DNA of 64,000 bases, from positions 1-64,000 of the forward strand of contig JAAFKJ010000001.1 in the NCBI GenBank assembly GCA_021399395.1. The letters run 5' to 3'. The number at the start of each line of letters is the position of its first letter. The first letter of the stretch is position 1. The notes beneath the pieces are model-generated. The model did no database searches. It saw only the letters and a program-made list of their open reading frames with translations, and was not told the origin of the DNA. This DNA is from Candidatus Heimdallarchaeota archaeon. Lineage in GTDB: Archaea; Asgardarchaeota; Heimdallarchaeia; Heimdallarchaeales; Heimdallarchaeaceae. Positions 57,188 through 64,000 of this stretch are shown here, piece by piece. Made by a program: the position numbers and the translations under genes.

Positions 57188-58435
57188 GTAGGTACCAATG
57201 TCTTTTCTGTAGAAAAGATTCCCTTTTATTTGTGTAATCTTCCTATCATTTTCAATTTTAGCAGATTCCAGGTCATCTCCCTTTGTTACAAGAGCTATAG
57301 CTCTACTGGATGTTGTTCTGATGGTGCTTTTATCTCGATAAACTGAAGCATAAAAAATATCCTTATTTATGGCTGGATCAACCTCCACCGGTTCCTCTTT
57401 TACAGGATTTTGTGGATATCCTTGAGGAACTAGATAAGTACATACGGTAGCTTGTTTCTGAAACTCTGCTTTTGATAAATTCCCGTCTATTATTTGAGAA
57501 GCAATTTGCAGGAAATCAGTTTGTAATAATTTTAGAACATTTAGTGCTTCTGGGTCACCAAATCTTACATTATATTCAATTAAAAATATACTATCTTCCG
57601 TTTTCATAAATTGTCCATACAGAATCCCTTTGAATTTTTCACCTGTGTTCTGATTTAATGCTTTCAGGGTTTTCTTTATTATATTCAGCGCATCCTTGTA
57701 ATCCTTCTTTGAAAGGAATGGTAAATTGTGATCAGGAAGACTATATGATCCCATGCTTCCAGTCAAGGGTCCTTCCTCATTCTCGTATGCTCTTTTATAA
57801 TCTCTTACCAAAGGCATAGGTAGAATGTTTGAACCATCTGTAAAAACCTGTAAGGAGAATTCTTTACCCTTCTTCTTCTCTTCAATCAAGTATTCACCTT
57901 CGCGGTTAATTAAGGTTTTAACGTACTTTGTTGCTTCATGAATATTTGTTAAATGATCACCATAAACTTTTACACCCTTACCCCCAGTTAATCCATCGGG
58001 TTTGATGACAAAATCAGTTCCAAATTCATCTACAGCAACATCAAGATCCTCAACTGATTTACCAATCATATAAGATACATTTCCAGGAACATTATAAATG
58101 TCCATCAAGTAACGAGTAAAAATCTTGCTACTTTCAATTTTTGCTACATTCTGTCGAGGACCACATGTTGGAATCCCTAGTTTATCTTCTAGATAATCAG
58201 TAATGCCATTTGCAAGAGGATTTTCAGGACCAATGATCGCAAAGTCTACATTTCTGTATTTCTTTAATTTCTCAAAATTATTTAGATCTCCAATACTAAA
58301 TTTTTTTGATAAATCTGCAATACCAGGATTCTCTCTAGACATATATGAAAAAAGTTTGGCATCATTCTCTACAATCTTCATTGCAATGGAGTGTTCTCTT
58401 GCCCCATTTCCTACAAGTAATACTTTTAACCCCAT
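57182..58435 (-). CDS. purD: Phosphoribosylamine--glycine ligase
   Basis: GNGAREH, GPENPL, GLTGGKGV, TGSMGS, EYNVRFGDPE, YRKDIG. Confidence 0.95.
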   Translation of the reverse strand: MGLKVLLVGNGAREHSIAMKIVENDAKLFSYMSRENPGIADLSKKFSIGDLNNFEKLKKYRNVDFAIIGPENPLANGITDYLEDKLGIPTCGPRQNVAKIESSKIFTRYLMDIYNVPGNVSYMIGKSVEDLDVAVDEFGTDFVIKPDGLTGGKGVKVYGDHLTNIHEATKYVKTLINREGEYLIEEKKKGKEFSLQVFTDGSNILPMPLVRDYKRAYENEEGPLTGSMGSYSLPDHNLPFLSKKDYKDALNIIKKTLKALNQNTGEKFKGILYGQFMKTEDSIFLIEYNVRFGDPEALNVLKLLQTDFLQIASQIIDGNLSKAEFQKQATVCTYLVPQGYPQNPVKEEPVEVDPAINKDIFYASVYRDKSTIRTTSSRAIALVTKGDDLESAKIENDRKITQIKGNLFYRKDIGTYL

Positions 58436-58437
58436 GT

Positions 58438-59835
58438 TTAGACCTCTTCATAGTGGCTTCTGCTTACTAATTCTCCATTCAAGTATCTTATCCGTATTTC
58501 TTGTGCATGTTCAGTAGGATAACTACCTGAAAGACATGCAGTACATAAGTCAGAAAATCCGATAGATTTTTTCAAAGATTCAATGTTTTGATAGTATAAT
58601 TCATCCACATCCAGAATTTGTTTCATTTCTTCAATTTTGTATCCGGAAGCGATCAGTTCATCATCAGTAGGAAAATCAATTCCATAATAACAGGCAAATC
58701 TAATAGCAGGACAAGTGACAGCTAGATAGATCTTTTTTGCACCTAGTTTTCTAAGGTCCTTAATGATTTTCTGGCTTGTTAATCCTCTTACAATGGAATC
58801 ATCTACAACAAGGATATTTCTATCTTTAATGAAAGTTGGAGTGTAGAGATATTTTCTCTTAGCTACGCTTGTTCTCTCTTCCTTACTTTTCATAATGAAA
58901 GTTCTCTGAAGATATCTGTTTTTGATAATTGCTTCTCTAACCGGGATGTTGAGAACCTCTGATAGACCTTGGCTTGCAGGTCTAGATGTATCTGGAACAG
59001 GTACAATGAAATCAATTTCAAGTTCAGATTTCTGAATTCTATGTCCTAACTCTCTACCAAGTTCTAACCTTACATCATACACTAACCTCTGTTCAATATA
59101 TGAACATGGATGTGCAAAATAAACAAACTCAAACATACAATGAGCATGATCACGTTGAACTATACTGGTATGTTTAACATCGTTTTTATTGATAAAAACT
59201 AATTCACCAGGTTTAACATCTTCGAATTTCTCTATTCCTAAATTTTGAAGAACGACGCTTTCTGATGTAACTAGAGACACATTTTCAAACTTCCCCATTA
59301 CTAGAGGTCTCAAACCTCTTGGATCTCTAAATGCAAACAATTGATCATTAAGAATACCAATAATTGAATAACTTCCATCTATTGATTCCATAAATGCTCT
59401 TACTGCCGCTTCAATATCTCCTTTCATTTTATTAATTTGCATCCCTAAGAAATCAACAACAAATCTAGCATCTGATTCGTATGATTGTTGTGTTAGAGAG
59501 GAGAGATTGGTAACATTTCCATTATGTACAATCGACAAGCTTCCAGATTCTGTTTCAAATGAGAATGGTTGTGCATATGTTTCTATATTGGAACTATCGG
59601 TTCTTGTACCAAAAGTAGGATATCGTGTTGCACCAAGTAGAGATCTAGTTTCTATTTTCTCATCTATTTCAAGTAAATCGGGATAACTATCTGATTTAGA
59701 AGTAATCAGACTAGCTGTGGATTCATCATACCAAGCTAAACCACTGGCATCCTGACCTCTGTGTGTGAGCATCTGAAGCAGTATTCGGCCTTGTCCCAAG
59801 GTTGTTAATCCTTTGATTCCTAAAACTCCACACAT
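58438..59835 (-). CDS. purF: Amidophosphoribosyltransferase
   Basis: N-terminal MCG, HRGQD, HNGN, CMFEFVYFA, DDSIVRG, CYYGID, CTAC. Confidence 0.96.
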   Translation of the reverse strand: MCGVLGIKGLTTLGQGRILLQMLTHRGQDASGLAWYDESTASLITSKSDSYPDLLEIDEKIETRSLLGATRYPTFGTRTDSSNIETYAQPFSFETESGSLSIVHNGNVTNLSSLTQQSYESDARFVVDFLGMQINKMKGDIEAAVRAFMESIDGSYSIIGILNDQLFAFRDPRGLRPLVMGKFENVSLVTSESVVLQNLGIEKFEDVKPGELVFINKNDVKHTSIVQRDHAHCMFEFVYFAHPCSYIEQRLVYDVRLELGRELGHRIQKSELEIDFIVPVPDTSRPASQGLSEVLNIPVREAIIKNRYLQRTFIMKSKEERTSVAKRKYLYTPTFIKDRNILVVDDSIVRGLTSQKIIKDLRKLGAKKIYLAVTCPAIRFACYYGIDFPTDDELIASGYKIEEMKQILDVDELYYQNIESLKKSIGFSDLCTACLSGSYPTEHAQEIRIRYLNGELVSRSHYEEV

Positions 59836-60441
59836 TTATTCCACTATCCTAGCTTTATTACTATATACCTGTATTTTCCCTAAAGAGAAGAGTGAAATTG
59901 CTTTAGGTAGTAACACATGTTCTTCTCTCAAAATCCTATCAGCAAGTTCTTTCTCTGAATCCTCACTGTATACCTCAACACATTTCTGCAGAATAATGGG
60001 TCCTTCATCAACTGTTTCAGTTACAATATGAACAGTACAGCCTGAGATTTTCACACCAAAGTCTAATGCTTGTTTTTGCGCTTTTAGCCCAGGAAAAGAA
60101 GGAAGTAGGGAGGGATGTATATTGATGATTTTGTTCTTATACTTAGATATAAAATTCGAGGATAAGATCTGCATGAATCCTGCGAGAACTATGAACTCAA
60201 TTTTATTGTGTTCAAGTATTTCTAAAATTTCGCTCTCTTGTTCACAATAATCAAGATTCTTTTTATCGACAATAGCTGTTTGTTTGTGACTTCTTTGAGC
60301 AATTTCTAATCCTTTTGCTTCAGGATTGTTTGATAGTACTAAAACAATTTTAGTTTTCCCCAAGCTCTTCTCTTCTTCTGCTTTCAGAATAGCTTCAAGG
60401 TTTGTTCCTCTTCCAGATATTAAAACAGCTGTTCTCATCAT
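59836..60441 (-). CDS. purN: Phosphoribosylglycinamide formyltransferase (folate-dependent)
   Basis: SGRGTN, LAGFM, NIHPSLLP, GCTVH, DEGPII, EH. Confidence 0.95.
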   Translation of the reverse strand: MMRTAVLISGRGTNLEAILKAEEEKSLGKTKIVLVLSNNPEAKGLEIAQRSHKQTAIVDKKNLDYCEQESEILEILEHNKIEFIVLAGFMQILSSNFISKYKNKIINIHPSLLPSFPGLKAQKQALDFGVKISGCTVHIVTETVDEGPIILQKCVEVYSEDSEKELADRILREEHVLLPKAISLFSLGKIQVYSNKARIVE

Positions 60442-60442
60442 C

Positions 60443-61477
60443 TCACCTCGTAAATATCACATTATAGTCTTGAATTTTAACAATAGGATCCGTGATAATC
60501 TCACCGATTATTAGCGAATCAAAGTGTTTTGAAAGAGTTTCGAGAGCTTTTTGAGCATTATTTTTGGAAACAATGACAACGAAGCCTATACCCATGTTGA
60601 ATATGGAGAACATTTCTTGGTAGTCTATATTCCCTACAGATTGAATCTCATGAAATATTTGTGGGATGTTGCACCATTTGTCGATTTGAAAACCAAGATT
60701 TGTTATTCGAAATAGTTTCTTAAAACCTCCACCTGTGATATGAGCAAGTCCATTTATTTCGCAATTTTCTGATAAGTCTTTAATTGCTTCAGTGTATATT
60801 CTTGTAGGAATTAGCAATTCCTCTCCTACATTTGTTCCCCATGGAAAACTTTCATTGTATTCATATTTAATAGATAAAACTTTTCGAAGTATAGTAAAAC
60901 CATTAGAATGAATCCCACTACTTGTTATCCCTATGATTACATCTCCAACTTTTATTTTAGAACCATCTACAATTTCTTTGATATCAACTATTCCGAGTGC
61001 AGTACCAGCAAGATCAAAAGAATTGATGTTAGTTGATAGAAGCTCTGGTATTTTCGCCAGCTCACCTCCTATCAGAGGTATTTTTGCCAGCTCACAACCT
61101 TTCAAAATTCCTTGCATGATACCATCTATAACATCTTCTTGAAAGTCTGAAACTGCTAGATAATCAACAAAAGCACTTGGTTGAATTCCCATTGCTAGAA
61201 GATCATTAACATTCATTGCAACACAATCTATACCCACAGTATCAAACTTTCCAGTTTTTTGGGCTATAAGCAGTTTAGTTCCAACTCCATCAGTTGCTAA
61301 GGCCAGTCCATAATCTCCAAATTTAATCAGATTAGCATAATGACCTTCTTTAGATACAACATTTCCAAGTTCAAAGCTACTTTTCACATACTTGTTGATA
61401 TTCTTCAAAATCCTAGCTTCTTTAGATAAATCTATTCCAGCCTCAGCATAAGTATTAGGTATATTCTTTTCAGTCAT
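60443..61477 (-). CDS. purM: Phosphoribosylformylglycinamidine cyclo-ligase (AIR synthetase)
   Basis: YAEAG, TDGVGTK, AMNVND, SSGIHSNG, HITGGG, FNMGIG. Confidence 0.96.
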   Translation of the reverse strand: MTEKNIPNTYAEAGIDLSKEARILKNINKYVKSSFELGNVVSKEGHYANLIKFGDYGLALATDGVGTKLLIAQKTGKFDTVGIDCVAMNVNDLLAMGIQPSAFVDYLAVSDFQEDVIDGIMQGILKGCELAKIPLIGGELAKIPELLSTNINSFDLAGTALGIVDIKEIVDGSKIKVGDVIIGITSSGIHSNGFTILRKVLSIKYEYNESFPWGTNVGEELLIPTRIYTEAIKDLSENCEINGLAHITGGGFKKLFRITNLGFQIDKWCNIPQIFHEIQSVGNIDYQEMFSIFNMGIGFVVIVSKNNAQKALETLSKHFDSLIIGEIITDPIVKIQDYNVIFTR

Positions 61478-61496
61478 TGAATTCCATCTCCCATAA

Positions 61497-61895
61497 TTAT
61501 CTTACATTATTGAAATTGATAAGCTTAAGAATTCGAATCGATAGATATGCAGCATTTTCTCCGTTATCAATCCCTACTGTTGCAACAGGTACCCCTTTAG
61601 GCATCTGAACCATGGACAATAGTGCATCCATCCCATTCAATGCTGCCGACACTGGAACCCCTATTACTGGTTTTTTTGTCAAAGATGCTACAACTCCAGG
61701 TAGAGCTGCTGCTAAACCAGCTATGCAAACGAAAATATGTGCTTTAGAATTTTCTACTTTAACTACTAATTTATCGTGATCTCTATGAGCAGAAATATAG
61801 CTCACTTTGAAATCGATTGAGTGTTTTTCCAAAACACTTGTAACTTTTTTAACTATTTTTTCATCACTTTTGCTTCCCGCAATTATTTCTATCAT
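61497..61895 (-). CDS. purE: PurE (AIR carboxylase / N5-CAIR mutase family)
   Basis: [29 protein letters not shown]. Confidence 0.94.
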   Translation of the reverse strand: MIEIIAGSKSDEKIVKKVTSVLEKHSIDFKVSYISAHRDHDKLVVKVENSKAHIFVCIAGLAAALPGVVASLTKKPVIGVPVSAALNGMDALLSMVQMPKGVPVATVGIDNGENAAYLSIRILKLINFNNVR

Positions 61896-61896
61896 A

Positions 61897-64000
61897 TTAT
61901 TCCTCCATAAATCTTGAAATCGCTTTTGACCAGCTTTCCCTTAGTTCTTTCAGATCAATACTAATCTCATCATCAATTCTAATTTCAGGTGTAGAAATTG
62001 TTTTTCCGAGAATCTTATAATCGTCATCTTTCTTCAAATTCTCTTTAATATACTCTAGTTTTGATTGTGATATTTCTACAACATATCTAGTTGGAGCTTC
62101 TGCAAAAATAAACTCTTCAATGGATAGATTCTCCTCTTCTAGAACATTGTTTAAAGATAATTCCACACCAATATTTTTATCAAAAGCCATTTCAATGAGA
62201 GATGTAATTAGCCCCCCATTTGATATATCGTGGCAACTTAAAATGAGTTTTTCATTATTTAATTTCTCGATAATCTGCCTTGATTTCATTTCTTTATCGA
62301 AATCATAAGTTGAGATTTTTCCCTCTATTTTACCATGATTATATCTCAGATATTCAGAACCATTCAAGTTTCCATCATTAAATCCAATCGAGATAATTAT
62401 GCTATCTTCACTCTGAAAACTGTTCTTGATAAGTTGATTTGGCTCTTCAATTATTCCAATCATACCTATTGTGGGTGACGGATTAATGCGATCCTTCTTT
62501 CCAGCAATTGAAGATTCATTATAGAATGAGACATTCCCACCAACTATCGGTAATGAAAAATCCTTAGAAAATTGTCCCAATCCTTTTACAGCTTCTACAA
62601 ATTGCCAATACGAATCTGGGTTTTCTGGATTACCAAAATTTAAGCAATCGACAATAGCTAATGGTTTGGCACCTACACATACGAGATTCCGCATCGCTTC
62701 TGCTGCATTGTTTGCAGTTCCATTGAATGGGTCTAGATAAGTCATGAAAGAATTACAATCCAAAGATAGGGCTATGTATTTTTCATTTTCCAATTTTAAC
62801 ACAGCAGAATCAGATCCTGCAGCGATTACTGTCTGAGTCTGTACATGTTGGTCATATTGTTGATAAACCCAGGATTTATCTCCAATATTTGGTGAAGACA
62901 ATAGCTTCAAAATCTCTTCTTTGATATTTGGAGAGATTGGCACAGTGTATGATATCTCATCAGACACATAATCAGGAATTTCAAGAAGTCTTTCAGGTTC
63001 TGGGCAACCTTCAACAACTAGATCTACTGGCAATTCCACGACTTTATTTCCCTCAAAGAATGCGATATAATGACTATTGTCTGTAACCTCTCCTATTACT
63101 GAAGATTGTAAATCATATTTATCCAAGATTTCGCACACTTTTGATAGTTTCTCAGAATCTACAATTGCAAGCATTCTTTCCTGAGATTCAGAAACAAGGA
63201 TTTCCCAAGGTTCCATGTTTTTCGCTCTTAAGGGAATATCTTCTAATCGTATTATTGCACCAGTTCCTCCTCGAGAACACATTTCAGTTACACCGCAACT
63301 CAATCCACCTCCACCTAAATCCTGCAAACCAGCAAGTAGTTCTTCTTCTACTAGCTCAAGCGTAGCATCAATGAGGATTTTTTCCATTAGTGGATCCCCG
63401 ATTTGAACTGCAGGTCTATCTTTCTCGCTTTTATCACTTAGATCCTTTGATGCAAAAGAAACACCATGAATTCCATCTCTTCCAGTTGACGAACCATACA
63501 GAACGAGGAAACTTCCAGGTTTTGATGCAATACTTCTAACTACTTTTTTCTTATCTATTACTCCCACACACATTGCATTAACTAAACAGTTTTCTTCAAA
63601 AGGTTGAGCAAATTCAACTTCTCCTCCTAAAGTTGGTATTCCGCAACAATTTCCATAAAATGAAATTCCTCTCACTACATTTTCAAATAGATGTTGAGAC
63701 CTCTTAGATTCTAATTCTCCAAATCGAATAGAATCTAATAGTGCTACTGGTCGACATCCTTGAGAAAGTATATCTCTAATTATTCCACCTACACCTGTTG
63801 CAGCACCATCATAAGGTGAAATTGCTGATGGGTGATTGTGACTCTCCAAACCCAAACCAACTAAAAATCCATCTCCAATATCAATTAAACCTGCACCTTC
63901 ACCAATTCCCAGTTCTAAGTATGGAGCTTCTGTATTGAATAAATGAAACCACCTCTTAGATGATTTATAGGAGCAATGCTCAGACCACATTGCTTCAAAT
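61897..64000 (-). CDS. purL: Phosphoribosylformylglycinamidine synthase subunit PurL; 5'-truncated by window edge
   Basis: (FEA)[49 protein letters not shown]. The frame stays open to the window end. Confidence 0.96.
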   Translation of the reverse strand, partial: FEAMWSEHCSYKSSKRWFHLFNTEAPYLELGIGEGAGLIDIGDGFLVGLGLESHNHPSAISPYDGAATGVGGIIRDILSQGCRPVALLDSIRFGELESKRSQHLFENVVRGISFYGNCCGIPTLGGEVEFAQPFEENCLVNAMCVGVIDKKKVVRSIASKPGSFLVLYGSSTGRDGIHGVSFASKDLSDKSEKDRPAVQIGDPLMEKILIDATLELVEEELLAGLQDLGGGGLSCGVTEMCSRGGTGAIIRLEDIPLRAKNMEPWEILVSESQERMLAIVDSEKLSKVCEILDKYDLQSSVIGEVTDNSHYIAFFEGNKVVELPVDLVVEGCPEPERLLEIPDYVSDEISYTVPISPNIKEEILKLLSSPNIGDKSWVYQQYDQHVQTQTVIAAGSDSAVLKLENEKYIALSLDCNSFMTYLDPFNGTANNAAEAMRNLVCVGAKPLAIVDCLNFGNPENPDSYWQFVEAVKGLGQFSKDFSLPIVGGNVSFYNESSIAGKKDRINPSPTIGMIGIIEEPNQLIKNSFQSEDSIIISIGFNDGNLNGSEYLRYNHGKIEGKISTYDFDKEMKSRQIIEKLNNEKLILSCHDISNGGLITSLIEMAFDKNIGVELSLNNVLEEENLSIEEFIFAEAPTRYVVEISQSKLEYIKENLKKDDDYKILGKTISTPEIRIDDEISIDLKELRESWSKAISRFMEE

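Noticed and set aside
1-64000. CRISPR arrays, IS elements, rRNA, long tandem repeats
   Set aside because: Intergenic gaps are all short (about 200 bp or less), and no repeat-spacer periodicity, transposase or cas gene was seen.

Overview
AT-rich, gene-dense archaeal chromosomal segment, most likely an Asgard archaeon of the Heimdallarchaeia type. This is inferred from archaeal housekeeping genes (class I CCA enzyme, LonB, Trm11, geranylgeranyl reductase) co-occurring with eukaryote-like proteins (ARPC4-like, RING-H2-like, longin-like, Pol delta-like PolB). Contents in order: a partial arylsulfotransferase; an archaeal tRNA-processing cluster (cca-thpR-UPF0200-UPF0201-rnz-trm11-prs-lonB); radical SAM genes; an ARPC4-like gene; two tandem SufS-like genes; tRNA-Gly(CCC); zinc fingers; larA; a family B DNA polymerase; amrS-tldD-pmbA; a MacB/LolD-type ABC system; a glycan flippase/sulfotransferase/acetyltransferase/methyltransferase islet; fixABCX; pyrF-pyrBI; and a purL-E-M-N-F-D operon. 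I saw no CRISPR array, rRNA or mobile element. The most notable signals are (1) an Arp2/3 subunit 4-like protein with an extra Cys cluster, (2) a tandem pair of SufS-like proteins that both lack the PLP lysine but keep the persulfide cysteine, with a hidden 22-aa ORF between them, (3) a CCA enzyme missing two of three catalytic carboxylates, and (4) a Pol delta-like PolB with an intact polymerase site but a dead proofreading site. All family assignments come from motif recognition by eye; no database search was run.
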